Part shown: in pieces, positions 39,869-52,797 of the stretch
Layout: each line of letters begins with the position of its first letter
Position numbering within the stretch: position 1 is the stretch's first letter
NCBI GenBank assembly: GCA_963707505.1
Contig: CAVPQB010000004.1
Location: forward strand, 608,001 to 672,000
Reading direction: 5' to 3'
DNA: 64,000 nucleotides
DNA from: an uncultured Gemmatimonadales bacterium
GTDB taxonomy: Bacteria; Gemmatimonadota; Gemmatimonadetes; Gemmatimonadales; Gemmatimonadaceae
The notes under the pieces: generated by a model
The model's input: the letters and a program-made list of their open reading frames with translations, nothing else
What the model was told of the DNA's origin: nothing
Database searches by the model: none
Translations under genes and position numbers: made by a program

Positions 39869-39963
39869 GTTGGTAGGCGACTCCTTTGTACAGTATTGTA
39901 CAGGAAATTATACGTATCGTGCTCGCAATTGCCACGGAGCGTAAATGATAACATTTGTGTCTC

Positions 39964-42256
39964 TCACGACACTCTCAGAACATCCTCAGCCGGTCCCGCA
40001 TCTCCACTCCCCAACAACTGTCTTATCTCTCCCAACGCCTGCGTCGCTCGCGGCCATATGAATCGTGCTGCCGCGTCCTCCATGCTCAGCCATGTGTACT
40101 CGACGTGCTCCTGTCCGAGCGTTACAACGGCTCCGCTGTCCACGAACGCGCAGAACACGATCGCAACTTCGACGCGCGCCGTCTGATGCAGATAGAACGA
40201 ATGCACGGTGATGTTGTACAGCCGTCGAATCGCAAGACCAGTCTCCTCCAATACTTCACGCACCGCCGCGTCCTCCGGCGTTTCCTCGGGTTCGATGCGG
40301 CCGTGCACCGCCTCCCAGGCGCCAGGACAGCGCGTCCCGGTTCCTCGCCGCAGCGCGAGTACTCGCCATGTCTCGGTCTGCGGGTCGATCAGGTAAACAT
40401 CCACCACACCAACTTCGATTCGCGTCATCGAGTCCGTCCCCACGCGCCGCTCGGGCATTCCGGGTTGTGTACCATGCTCGGAATATGGCGACCTCGCGGG
40501 CGAATCGGCGTTCCGCGAAGGCCAATCGTTTGTTTGCTCGCCATTGGCCTGGTCGCCGTCACCGGCCCTGTTCGCCTCCGAGTCCAGTACTCGTGACACT
40601 TCAGCAGCAGTCGTCTCACCGCTCAATACCCGTGCGACGCCGCTGGTCCAGAGCGAGCGCATTCCCTCGGCGCGCGCGGCGGCGGTGATGATGGGCGCTG
40701 GAGCGCTGGTCACTATGAGACGCGTGAGAGCGGGCGTCATCGTGAGCAATTCGACGGCGGCCATGCGACCTCTGAACCCCGTGCCCGCGCAGACGTCGCA
40801 ACCGGCACCGGCCTTGAGCCGCGCGCCGTTCGGAATGCAGTCCCACAGCGAGGGCGGAATCGGCTCGTCGCTGTCGCGCGCGCAGGCGGGACACATCCGG
40901 CGTAGCAGCCGCTGCGCGACCACCCCCTTGAGCGCTGTTCCGGTCTTGGCCGGGTCGACGCCCAGATCGCCGAGCCGGGTGATGGAGCTCGCGGCGTCAA
41001 TTGTATGAAGTGTCGCGAAGACCAGATGTCCCGTGAGCGCGGCCTGAATCGCTATCGCCGCCGTTTCCGCGTCGCGGATCTCGCCGACCAGAATCACATC
41101 CGGGTCCTGTCGCAGAATGGATCGCAGCGCGGCGGCGAAGGTGAGACCGGCCTTCTCGTTCACCTGAGACTGGACGATTCCCGGAATCCGATATTCGACC
41201 GGATCTTCGACCGTGATGACGTTCAATCCACGTGTCACGAGCGAGTGCAGAGCAGAGTACAATGTGGTCGTCTTGCCGGAGCCCGTCGGTCCGGTCACCA
41301 GAATCAATCCCTCACGGGTGTCGAGCAGGCGAGTCAATCTCGCGGCGTCCGTATCGTCGAAGCCGAGCGCGTCGAGTGAGCGAACGCCGCCGCGCGCATC
41401 GAGAATCCGGATCACCACTTTCTCGCCGTGCGCGGCTGGAAGCGTCGACACGCGGAGATCGATTCGCTCGCCTTCAACCATCACCAGCGCACGTCCGCCC
41501 TGCGGACGCAGCCGATCGGCGATGTCGAGGCGCGACATTATCTTGACGCGCGACACGAGCGGAAGGCCGATCGCGCGCGGAAGAGTCATCGCCGTTCGCA
41601 ATACGCCATCCACGCGGTACCGAACGGAAATGGCGTCTTCTTCCGATTCGAGATGAATGTCGCTGGCTCTCGCCGCGATCCCCTCTGCGACTATGTGATC
41701 GACGAGCTTTGATGATCGGCCGCTCGCGTGCGCCGTCGGCGAGCTGCGTCGCCGTCGCCGGATCCGTCTCCGGCTCGACCTGATGCACGGACACAGGTCC
41801 GACCGACGCGAGCAACCGCTCGACGACGGACGCGGGCCTATACACTTCCTCGAGGCGCTCGGTGATCCGTGCCGGAAGCGCGAGGGACATTCTTACGCGC
41901 CGGCCGGCAGCAAACGCGATCGCCTGCTCGCAGTGGAGATCGTAGGGGTTCGCGGTCGCGACGTCTATTGTATTTGCAGAGACCGACAGCGGCAGAATCG
42001 AATATCGCCGTGCAAGTCGCTCCGGAACACGAGCGACTGCCTGTGGCGATGACGTGAGCGCGCCAGCGACACGCATTCGCGTCCGCCGCGCGATGGCGCG
42101 TAGAATCGCGTCGTCAGTGGTGAATCCGTTAGAGACCGCGACGCACCACTTGCTCGCCGTCGTGTCCTTTGCGATCGCTGCAAGCTGCGCCGACGTCAGC
42201 ATCTCGCGCAATACGGGTAAAATCCATTCGTCGGTCGATTGTGCTGCGCGTTCCAT
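39964..42256 (-). CDS. GspE/PulE/PilB-family secretion ATPase fused to a C-terminal Nudix hydrolase (one frameshift at ~41709)
   Basis: ASDIHLE, GPTGSGKTT, TVEDPVE, LRQDPDVILVGEIRD, TGHLVFATLH and CxxC pairs; Nudix box GRIEPEETPEDAAVREVLEETGL. Confidence 0.8.
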
Positions 42257-42361
42257 CGAGAGCCTCCGACCGACAAGCTACGCCGAACGGACTGGTCACG
42301 CGCAAGCGGGACGCGCCTTACATAAGCTTTCTACGTCGTCCTTCTAAATCATCCTTCTACA

Positions 42362-42913
42362 TCATCCGGTTGCCGCAGTGCGTGCGTCAAGCGCGCTCAT
42401 CACCATGTCGGCGATCTCGCGCAGCGGCGTCGCGCCGTGGTCGCGCGCGTACCACTGTCGCATGTAGTGGTACTCGCTCCGGCTTGGGCAGCAGGTCGCC
42501 CTCGGTCTTGACCCACTTCTGAAGCTCCGTTGGGCGCGGTCCCCACCAACCCAGCTCGCTCCAATCGGCGTCATAAGCAATCACTATTGGGATCGATCGC
42601 GTACCGCCCGTGAGATGCGCATTCATCAGATCCGGATTCGCATCGCGGCTGAAGCTCCGAAAGTCGACGAGCGGATTCTCCTGGGCGAGCTTCGAGACGT
42701 AGGGCACTACTCCAACGGCGTCGAGACACCAGTCTTCGTTGAGCGCGACGAGACGCACGGGCGTTCGCAGTGTGTCGAACCGCTCGATGACGTCGGCGGG
42801 AACCGTTGCGCGTTTCGCGCCGAGTGTCCATAACTCCTGATACTTCATCGCCGTCGTCACGAACTGCTTCGAAAGTCTGACCGCTTCAGAAATCGGTCAG
42901 CGTCCATCATCAT
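42362..42913 (-). CDS. Thioredoxin-family protein (EDWCxD type), frameshifted at ~42870 and ~42475
   Basis: EDWCLD, LTGGTRSIP and WGPRP; the C-terminus YHYMRQWYARDHG lies in another frame. Confidence 0.7.
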
Positions 42914-43747
42914 GATTTTGGCGGCTTGATAGTCGTTAGGTGAAATACGTCGGCCGGCGCATTTGGCTTGACGCGAATACTCTTGGCGGGAATGCCGACG
43001 TGCACGTGGTACGGCCGAACGTCCTTGGTGGCGATCGCGCCCGCACCGACCATCCCGTTCTCTCCGACATGAACGCCGGCAAGAACCGTCGCGTGATACG
43101 TGATGCGCACGTCGTCGTCGATGCGCGTCACCGCGTCCGTCACGTCGCGCTGGTCGACGATGCTGTGCGTATGGCTGTAGATGTTCGCGTAATCGCTGAT
43201 CGATACACGGTCGCCGAGCACGATGCCGCCGCGATCGTCCAGCAGCACGTTGCGATGAACGACCACATTGTCGCCGACTTCGAGATTGTAGCCGAACGAC
43301 ACCTCGACGTTCTGAAACGCCTTGAAGTTCTCGCCGCACTTCCGGAAGATCCGCTGGGCCAGAATCCGCCGTAACCTGATACCGAGGTCGACGTTCTGTC
43401 CGCCGACGGGAGTGCGATCGAAGGAATACCACAGCCACAGCAGCGGCTTGGTCAGGCCGAACGCGCGCTCCGTCACACTCGGCGTAATATTCCGGCTCGA
43501 GCGTGATGTTGCGCGGATCGAGCGCGAGCAGCGCGAGCCGCGTCGCTGAGGCGAAGAGACTCGTCCTCGACCGCCGTTTCCCATCCGTCGGCGTACTCCG
43601 GATAGCTGCAGCGAGCAGAGCACCTTCCTGCACAGCTCGTTGCGATCTACGGATGAATCGAGTGCGTCTTCGATCTTCCTCGAGGAAGGCACGCTTCAGC
43701 GGTTCCGTGGGAGACTCGGCAAGCTTTCGTAGTGGAAGAATCGCCAT
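42910..43747 (-). CDS. Hexapeptide-repeat acyltransferase, several frameshifts between 43470 and 43690
   Basis: VGDNVVVHRNVLLDDRGG, IDDDVRITYHATVLAG and GIPAK; N-terminal pieces are split across frames. Confidence 0.75.
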
Positions 43748-43759
43748 GTAGAATGGTAA

Positions 43760-44426
43760 GCTAATTCGGTTTTCCGGACGCGCGCACGCACCATCGCACG
43801 CTCGCGCTCAATCACCTGAAGCGTCTGGTCCCAGCTGTTATCGACTGAACCCTGATATGCGATGGACACGGGCTGGTTCACCTGCACGTCACCATCGTAT
43901 ACATACAATGCGCTCTGCGTCTCGCGCTGTCTCAGGCGGTTCTCGCCGAAGCCGACTGTCAGTGCGAGAATGTCGATATGGACGGAAGTCGCGCCCGCCG
44001 CTCGTCAATATGACGTCGCCAGGTGTGAACCGTGCATTCGGCTCCACGCCATAGAACGATATCGAGCCACACGGAGACCGGCCGACCGCCGTAACGGCGC
44101 GCGATCGCTTCGATCTGACTGCGGCTTCCTTCCTTGAGATCGTGCAGCGCACGGTAGGAGTCCGGTGTCAGCAACCGAATCAGCGCCTCGTCGAGTGGCA
44201 GCGCGCGCACCAGTACGGTGCCAGCGTCGATGTGCAACGACAGATCGTCCTGCCGCAACGATCCGTAACCTGGTGGAAACAGTGTGATGCCCGCCGTGTC
44301 GGCCTGCGGTACTCCCGACACCGGCACCGAAGCTTGAGGACCCGAGCCCGCGACAGGGGCGCAGGCGGTGAACGGACTGGCGCCAAGCACCATCAGCAGC
44401 GAGAAAACCCGCCGGCTGACCGTCAA
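43760..44426 (-). CDS. Hypothetical lipoprotein, frameshifted (~44060, ~43975); end approximate
   Basis: Lipobox FTAC, GYGSLRQDD...LTPDSY, then SFYGVEPNARFTP and RLRQRETQSALYVYD...IERERA in successive frames. Confidence 0.55.
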
Positions 44427-45041
44427 GCAGTAGCCTCTGGAGCAAGCAAGCCGGAAATCGCCTCCGCGAGCTCATCACGTCCCACGCCTGTCTGTGCACT
44501 GAACGGGATGATGTGATCCTCATCCACCTGCAGCATGATTGCGAGCTCCTGCACACGCCGCGTCGCAGCCGCCTGCGACAATTTGTCGGTCTTGGTAGCC
44601 ACGAACATGACGGGGACGCTCACGTCGGCAAGAAAATCCAGCATCTGACGGTCGTCTTCCGTTGGATCATGACGCACGTCGAGCAACTGGACCACACCGC
44701 GGAGCTGTCTGGTGCTACGTAGATACGCACTCGATCAACGGCCCCCATTCAGCCGATCTCGTCTTGGACACTTTCGCGTACCCGTAGCCGGGGAGATCGG
44801 CGAGCAGAAACGTGCCATTCACTTTGAAAAAATTAATCTCGCGAGTGCGGCCCGGCGTCTTGCTGACGCGCGCGAAACTGCGACGCTTGAGCAGCTTGTT
44901 CAACAGCGATGATTTGCCGACGTTGGAGCGGCCCGCGAAGGCGATCTCCGGAAGATCGAGATCCGGTCTCCATCCACCTATGCTCGCCAGTCCCCCAACG
45001 AACTCGAGCGACCGGATTACCAGCGGGTCAGCGGATGCCAT
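44423..45041 (-). CDS. engB: Ribosome biogenesis GTPase YihA/YsxC (frameshift at ~44730)
   Basis: [13 protein letters not shown] and DLPGYGY, then LLDVRH, TKTDK and FSA in a second frame. Confidence 0.88.
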
Positions 45042-45049
45042 TGCAGACA

Positions 45050-47536
45050 CTAATGCGCGCTCACGGTCGCAACTACCTGACTGCGTGGACGCTTCCGTGT
45101 GCGTTTGCGCGGTAACATCAGGCGACGCACCGCGGAGCGCGAGCTTGAGCACCTCATCCATCGTCTTTACCGGATGAAACCGAATCGCGTCGCGTACTTC
45201 CTGTGGCAGCTCTTCGAGATCACGCGCGTTGGCGTGCGGAATTATCACGTCCACGACGTGATTGCGATGCGCTGCAACCGACTTCTCCTTGAGACCACCG
45301 ATCGGAAGCACGCGCCCGCGGAGCGTGATCTCGCCCGTCATCGCAAGATCACCGCGCACTGGGATTCCGGTCAGCGCGCTCGCAACGGCGGTCGCGATGG
45401 CGATACCAGCGCTCGGTCCGTCCTTCGGCGTTGCGCCGTCCGGGATGTGAATGTGGATGTCGCGCGTGCGATAGAAATCCGCCGCCACACCAAGCTCGTC
45501 GGCACGACCACGCACGTAGCTCATCGCCGCCGATGCGGATTCCTTCATCACGTCGCCGAGCGTGCCCGTGAGCGAGATCTTGCCACGTCCGCGCACTACG
45601 CTCACCTCGATCTCGAGCGTCTCACCGCCGGCGGTAGTATATGCGAACCCACGAGCGACGCCGACCTTGTCTTCGAGACTCGCGAGATCCGCGTCGTATC
45701 GCTCCACGCCGAGCATGCCGTGGAGATCGGAGGCAGCAGACGTGCTGCGATGCAATCACGTCGTCGCTCGCTTCCGCCTGACGACGCGCGAGCTTGCGCG
45801 CGAGCTTCGCGATCTGCCTGTCCAGCTCGCGCACGCCAGCCTCGCGCGTGTACGACCGAAGAATCGCGGGCAACACGTCGGCGTCGAGTTTCACCTCACT
45901 CACATCGAGTCCGTTCGCCTCCAACTGGCGTGGAACGAGATACTTGCGTGCGATTGCGAGCTTTTCCTGATCGAGATAGCCCGGCACGCGAATGATCTCC
46001 ATTCTGTCGCGCAGCGCATCGGGAATCGTCGCGAGCGAATTGGCCGTGGTTACGAACAACAGCCTGCGAGAGATCGTAATCGACTTCGAGATAGTGATCG
46101 TTGAACGCCGAGTTCTGCTCCGGATCCAGCACCTCGAGAAGAGCAGCCGCAGGGTCGCCTCGGTAATCCAGTCCGAGCTTGTCGATCTCATCCAGCAGTA
46201 TCACTGGATTCACAACCTCGGCCTTCCGCATCGCCTGAACCACTCGGCCCGGCATCGACCCTATGTAGGTGCGCCGATGTCCACGGATCTCCGCCTCGTC
46301 ACGCACGCCGCCGAGCGACATGCGCACGAACTTGCGGCCAAGCGCACGCGCGATCGATCGGCCGAGTGATGTCTTGCCGACGCCCGGCGGCCCCACGAGG
46401 CAGAGGATGGGGCCGTCTATACGGCCGACGAGTGACAGTACCGCGATGAAATCGAGAATACGATCCTTGACGTCCTGCAGGCCGTAGTGGTCCTCGTCCA
46501 GCACGCGTCGCGCGTGTGCGAGGTCCAGAGTTTCGGTAGTGCGCTCATCCCAGGGCAGAGCACCGATCCAGTCCAGGAAGTTGCGCGACACCGTGTACTC
46601 GGGCGACGTCGGCGCCATGCGACGCAGCTTTCGCAATTCACGCTGCACGCGCATTCGCACCGGTTCCGGAAGCGCCTTGGCCTGCAGCGACGATTCCAGC
46701 TCGCTCACGTCGTCAGCGTCGTCCTGTCCGAGCTCGCGGTGGATGAGCTTGAGCTGTTCCTGCAGATAGAACTCGCGCTGCGTCTGATACATCGCGCCGC
46801 GCGTGTCGTCGTCCAGCTTGCGCTCGATGCGCAGCACTTCGATCTCACCGGCGAGCAGCACCGTGATCGCGCTGAACGCGTCCTCGAGTGTGGCGGATTC
46901 CAGAATGCGCTGGCGCACTTCCAGTGCGGCCGGAACGTGCGCGGCAATGCCGTACGCCTGGCGTTCCGGTGTGATCGCGCTCTGCACCAGAGCGATCACC
47001 TCGGACGGAATCCGGCGCTGCAGCTCGACGTATTCCTCGAACAGCGCGACTGCGCGCCGCGCCGTCGCGTCGGTGAGTCGCGCATCTTCGTGTCCGGACG
47101 CGACGAGAGGATCCAGGCGCACGTCGGCGTGGAGAATTCCGCGCCGTCTGCGGACGAATCTGGTCACGCGGGCGCGCTCGCGTCCTTCCAGGAGGACCTT
47201 GCTGCTCCCGTTCGGCAGTCTGCTCAGCTGAATCACGCGAGCGATCACGCCGGTGCGGAAGAGATCCGCCCCGCCTGGCTCCTCGTCCGACGCGTCCCGT
47301 TGTGCGACAAGCAGGACGTCACCCGAACCGAGTCCCGCCTCGTCCAGCGCACCGAGCGATGACCTCCGCCCGATGAGGAGCGGCATGATGACGTTCGGGA
47401 AGAAGACCACGTCGCGGAGCGCGAGCACGGGAAGCGTGCGAGCGTCGGGTGACGTCTCCACGGCTGGTTGGCTCGGCGCCGGCACAGCGACTCCGGTCCG
47501 GGGGGTGCCGCGGGCGCGGCTTTTGGTGGGTGGCAT
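45050..47536 (-). CDS. lon: ATP-dependent Lon protease (frameshifts at ~46065 and ~45740; stop approximate)
   Basis: LON N-domain, [32 protein letters not shown] and GGLKEK. Confidence 0.9.
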
Positions 47537-47641
47537 TACAGGAAAGCTAGCAGCCGGAGGGGGAGCCGGTGATGACGGTACGCCATGGGCGCCATCGCAT
47601 CATCCCCCCTGCGCCGATCCTCCATGGATGACGAGGAGGCC

Positions 47642-47670
47642 GTAGGGGCAGGCACAGGGGCCTCCCCTAC
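47642..47670. repeat. REP-like palindrome downstream of clpX
   Basis: GTAGGGGCAGGCACAGGGGCCTCCCCTAC, with a GTAG foot at both ends. Confidence 0.65.
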
Positions 47671-47683
47671 ACGATCCACGTAC

Positions 47684-48922
<1,239 letters not shown>

Positions 48923-49264
48923 ATCTGTTTGAAAGCAAATACCCGGGCGTGGCGCGGTCAACCATTCTTAACGGGTATCGGGCTTGTGAATTAATTCACA
49001 AGGCACTGGCCGGCGGCGGGGGCAGCCCATACCTGAATTATCGGCGACCTTTCCAGTTGCGCGGGTTCGCGCAGATGTATTTCCGCACCCGCTGTAGCGA
49101 CGGGTAATCGCGGATGATGCGTTCGTAGTAATTCCGTTGCCAGACCACACCGTCCCGCGTTCCATGTAATCGATTGATGTGGCGGGACACCGCGGATTTG
49201 TACGCACCGATGATCGCGCCGATGGAATCGCGCGGCGGCCCGTGGGGATGGTACGGCGGGGACC

Positions 49265-49292
49265 GTAGGGGCGACGCATGCGTCGCCCGTAC
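49265..49292. repeat. REP palindrome inside the RAYT CDS
   Basis: GTAG-GGGCGACGCATGCGTCGCCC-GTAC, encoding VRATHASPL. Confidence 0.8.
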
Positions 49293-49294
49293 CA

Positions 49295-49389
49295 ATGCCG
49301 ATGCATCGCCGTGGCCCGATGCCGATGCATCGCCGTGGCCCGATGCCGATGCATCGCCGTGGCCCGATGCCGATGCATCGCCGTGGCCC
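49295..49389. repeat. Four 24-bp tandem repeats inside the RAYT CDS
   Basis: ATGCCGATGCATCGCCGTGGCCCG at 49295, 49319, 49343 and 49367; encodes GHGDASAS units. Confidence 0.92.
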
Positions 49390-50011
49390 CCCGGTACATA
49401 TCCATCGGCGTCGCCCGATACCGATGCGTCCGCGTCGTCCGGCGCCGACATGGCGTCGTCCGTTTCCGGCATCGTGCCGACGATGACAATGACGCCGTGC
49501 ACGTGATTTGGCATCACGACGAACGCGTCCAATCGCACCCGCGGGAAATGGGCCGGAATCGCGGCCCACGCGGTTTGTGCCGCCATTCCGGCTGCGCTTA
49601 AATGCATGCGGCAACGCGCAATTTCGCCGAACAGGCAGGCGCGATCGTGTGTATCTATCGTAATGAAGTACGCCCCAGGCGCCGCGTAATTGTACCCGCG
49701 CAGGCGAATCGACTTGCGATGGTGACGTTCACGATCGAACCCGCACGTTAGCGCCCGCACGATCGGAATAGCGAATACAGGGAGACCATACACAATTGTT
49801 ACAGCATTCGCCGAGTCTGGTCGTATCACTCTCCCGCAGGAATCATCGCTGTAGTGCGTGGCCCGGCTCGGTGTGTGCTGTCCAGCCGTCTCGGCTGCAT
49901 GTCTCGGTTGCATGTCTCCGGCGCTGTCCGAGCGTTCAGGGCGACGCTACAAGGGGGCGGTCGACAACTCCGCCCCCTCGCTGCTACAACATCCGTGCCT
50001 GCTAACGCTAT

Positions 50012-50641
50012 TTACACAGTCACCTGTGGTTGGCTCGACGTCTCGATCATCTCGCCGCGGTGCGTTATCACGGCGTCGATCAGTCCGTAATCCTTTGCCT
50101 CTTCGGCGGACAGGAAACGATCGCGATCGGTATCGCGCTCGATGCGCTCCAGCGGCTGGCCTGTATGCTTCGCCATCAGCGAGTTCAGCTTCTCGCGCAG
50201 GAATAGAATCTCCTTCGCCTGAATCTCGATGTCGGATGCCGATCCGCCGCCGCCATTCTGCGACGGCTGATGGATCATGATGCGCGAGTGGGGAAGTGCA
50301 AAGCGCTTGCCCTTGCGTCCTGCCATGAGCAGAAACGCGCCCATGCTCGCCGCCATTCCCATGCACGTCGTGTTCACGGGACTCTTGAGGTACTGCATCG
50401 TGTCGTAGATCGCCATTCCGGCGGAAACGGAGCCGCCCGGCGAGTTGATGTACATGTGGATGTCGCGCTCCTGATTGTCCGATTCCAGGAACAACAGCTG
50501 CGCGATGATGACGTTGGCGACGTCGTCAGTGACCGGTGTTCCGAGGAACACGATGCGGTCCATGAGCAGACGCGAGAAGACGTCGTAGGTGCGCTCTCCG
50601 CGAGAAGAACGCTCGATTACATATGGTGCGTAAATCGGCAT
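50012..50641 (-). CDS. clpP: ATP-dependent Clp protease proteolytic subunit
   Basis: [23 protein letters not shown] and MIHQP. Confidence 0.97.
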   Translation of the reverse strand: MPIYAPYVIERSSRGERTYDVFSRLLMDRIVFLGTPVTDDVANVIIAQLLFLESDNQERDIHMYINSPGGSVSAGMAIYDTMQYLKSPVNTTCMGMAASMGAFLLMAGRKGKRFALPHSRIMIHQPSQNGGGGSASDIEIQAKEILFLREKLNSLMAKHTGQPLERIERDTDRDRFLSAEEAKDYGLIDAVITHRGEMIETSSQPQVTV

Positions 50642-50643
50642 GA

Positions 50644-51891
50644 CTAGGCCTCTGTCACAATGTCGTTTCGTTCAACCAACCACTTGAACACCTTGTCTTC
50701 CGTGATGGTCCGTTCGAGGTCCTTCAATCTCCCGCCCTTTTCCAGCGCTGCGTAAAGCTGGCCGGGCTCGACTCCACGCTCCGTGGCCTGCTCGGCGATT
50801 CTATCGTCGAGATCACGCTCGGAAGCGGTGAGCTTTTCCTGTTCCGCAATTGCATCGACGATCAGATCGCGTTTGATCTGTCGCTCGGCGACCTGCGCGA
50901 ATTCCGTATCGAATTGCGCACGCTGGTCCACCGGGACCTGGTAGGTCTCGGCGTAGTTATCGACCAGCTGTCCCACCCAACTGCGCGGAACGTCGAATGG
51001 ATTTGCTGCGATCACGTGGTCGATGAGGCCCTGGCGCACGTGCGCTTCGGATTCACGTTGCGCGAACTTCTCCATGTCCTGTCGAACCGCTGAACGGAGT
51101 GCATCGGCGGAATCGAAATCACCAACCTCGCGCGCAAATGCGTCATCCAGCGTCGGGAGCGACTTGCGCTTCACTTCGTGTACGGTCGCGCGAACGGTCT
51201 TGGTCTGCGCGCGCTGCGCTTCTTCGGGGAAATCCTCCGGCCAGCGAACCGGACGCTCGACTGTCTCACCCGGCCCCGCTTCCATTATCAACTCCTCGAT
51301 CCCGGCGATTGCCTTGCCGTCGCCAAGCACAAGCGATACGTCGCGCGGCTCGCCGAGCTTGCCTTCATCATCAGCGACGGAGAGCCCGACGCTCACCATG
51401 TCGCCCTCGATCGGCTTGCCTTCTACGGGAGCCCATGCGGCCCGCTCGTCACGCAGCCGGTCGAGTTGTTCCTGAAGCTGTTCGTCCGTCACGGTCACGG
51501 GCTCGCGGCGCACCTTGAATCCGTTGGTTCGCCCGAGCTCGACCGTGGGCCGGACCTCGTAATGGAATTCGAAAGTGAGGGGCGAGCCGTCCTCGAACTT
51601 GAGATCGTGGATGTGTGGCTGCGACGCCACCTGGATGTTGTCCTTTTCGACGATCTCCTTGTAGGCCTCGCGCACGACTGATTCGATGGTCTCGTTTCGG
51701 ATCGCTTCAGCGAACTTCTTGCGCACGACGGCGGCTGGGGCCTTTCCTGGCCTGAAGCCGGGAAGACGCGCCTGAGACGCGTATCGTTTGGTGGTACGCT
51801 CTTCAGCGGCCGCCACTTCGGCGGCCGGAACGGTTACTTCTACGGCGCGCTCGACGCCGGTGGTGGTCTTGGGATTTAGTTGGATCTCCAT
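50644..51891 (-). CDS. tig: Trigger factor
   Basis: [10 protein letters not shown] signature, FKBP-like middle domain and tig-clpP-clpX synteny. Confidence 0.93.
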   Translation of the reverse strand: MEIQLNPKTTTGVERAVEVTVPAAEVAAAEERTTKRYASQARLPGFRPGKAPAAVVRKKFAEAIRNETIESVVREAYKEIVEKDNIQVASQPHIHDLKFEDGSPLTFEFHYEVRPTVELGRTNGFKVRREPVTVTDEQLQEQLDRLRDERAAWAPVEGKPIEGDMVSVGLSVADDEGKLGEPRDVSLVLGDGKAIAGIEELIMEAGPGETVERPVRWPEDFPEEAQRAQTKTVRATVHEVKRKSLPTLDDAFAREVGDFDSADALRSAVRQDMEKFAQRESEAHVRQGLIDHVIAANPFDVPRSWVGQLVDNYAETYQVPVDQRAQFDTEFAQVAERQIKRDLIVDAIAEQEKLTASERDLDDRIAEQATERGVEPGQLYAALEKGGRLKDLERTITEDKVFKWLVERNDIVTEA

Positions 51892-51955
51892 CACGGCAAT
51901 TTAACCAGGCTACCTACGGATTATGCGCGTCAGGCGTCAGGTATTGCCGGTGCGC

Positions 51956-52606
51956 TCATGCCACTGCGCGATCGCTCTCCCCGGAGTCCAGCATGATCTC
52001 GAACTTGCAGCGCGAGGGCGTGCCGTGCTCACAGCACGCCAAGACCGGCGCCTGCACGATCTCGGCGATCATGCTTTCGGCGGCATTGCAGGTGATGGGA
52101 TGCGCGCTTACGGCGTCGCCCAGTGGGCAGTACAGGCCGCGGAGGATGATCTTGCCGTTGGCTTCCTCTATATCCACCACGCCGCCAAGATCGCGCAATG
52201 CGTCCGCCGCGGCCTCGGCGCGGGCACGGATCGATCCGGTTGTCCGGCCTCGAACTTCGGCAAGCCGCCGACCCACTTCCGAGAGGACGCTCTCCAGTTC
52301 GTTCTGTGGCAAACGTTCGCCCAGAACGCCCAGCAGGCCACTGAGCACCGGGCGAGATGCGTCCGAAAGGCCACGGAGTGCATCCGGTGTAAGCTCATAC
52401 GCGTAGGCAGGCCTGGTCCCTGTTGGACGTGAGCCGCGCCGAGTGACGAGACCGTCGCGCTCGAGCGACATGATGTGGGCGCGGACCGCGTTGTCGGTGA
52501 TCTGGAGCGCTGTGGCGATCTCGTCCACCGTGCGCGGCTCACGCTGGAGTAGCGCGAGGACCTTACCTCTGGTGGTTTCGAAAAACTTGCGATTCAAGGG
52601 AGCCAT
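51956..52606 (-). CDS. Cys-rich HTH metalloregulator (COG2345 / SufR-ArnR-like)
   Basis: TDNAVRAHIMSLERDGLV...TRPAYAYELT; C-terminal YCPL, TC and CC...C. Confidence 0.78.
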   Translation of the reverse strand: MAPLNRKFFETTRGKVLALLQREPRTVDEIATALQITDNAVRAHIMSLERDGLVTRRGSRPTGTRPAYAYELTPDALRGLSDASRPVLSGLLGVLGERLPQNELESVLSEVGRRLAEVRGRTTGSIRARAEAAADALRDLGGVVDIEEANGKIILRGLYCPLGDAVSAHPITCNAAESMIAEIVQAPVLACCEHGTPSRCKFEIMLDSGESDRAVA

Positions 52607-52678
52607 GCGGCCACCGTGGAATGAGAAACGTGCGCAACGCCTGAACTGAAAGGTATGGTAATCCACCCATTAGTCAAT

Positions 52679-52723
52679 ATTGTCAAATAGATTCTTGACA
52701 ATCTAGCACCATGCCTCTAGAAT
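52679..52723 (+). promoter_or_regulatory. Sigma-70 promoter overlapped by an operator palindrome
   Basis: TTGACA (52695)-17 nt-TAGAAT (52718); ATTGTCAA-N8-TTGACAAT palindrome at 52679-52702. Confidence 0.75.
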
Positions 52724-52797
52724 CTCACTGATGGACGGTGTACGCAGCCAGACCCCCCTTATACGAGCCCGAGAGTTCGACCTATGCGCCAGCCAGC

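Larger units (their letters stand above)
49038..49760 (-). mobile_element. REP-associated tyrosine transposase (RAYT, IS200/Y1 HUH family); start uncertain
   Basis: HHRKSIRLRGYNY...GAYFITI, VVMPNHVHG (HUH), WQRNYY and YICANP (catalytic Tyr). Confidence 0.88.

Noticed and set aside
44715..45755. Apparent Lon protease-EngB fusion ORF
   Set aside because: It lies in the frameshift-rich zone and EngB has its own ATG at 45041. A lost lon stop codon is the simpler explanation.
49295..49389. Possible CRISPR array
   Set aside because: The repeats are head-to-tail with no spacers, lie in frame inside a CDS, and no cas genes are present.
49889..49920. Short 13-bp tandem duplication (TCTCGGYTGCATG) upstream of the RAYT
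   Set aside because: Only about 2.5 copies, with no evidence of function.
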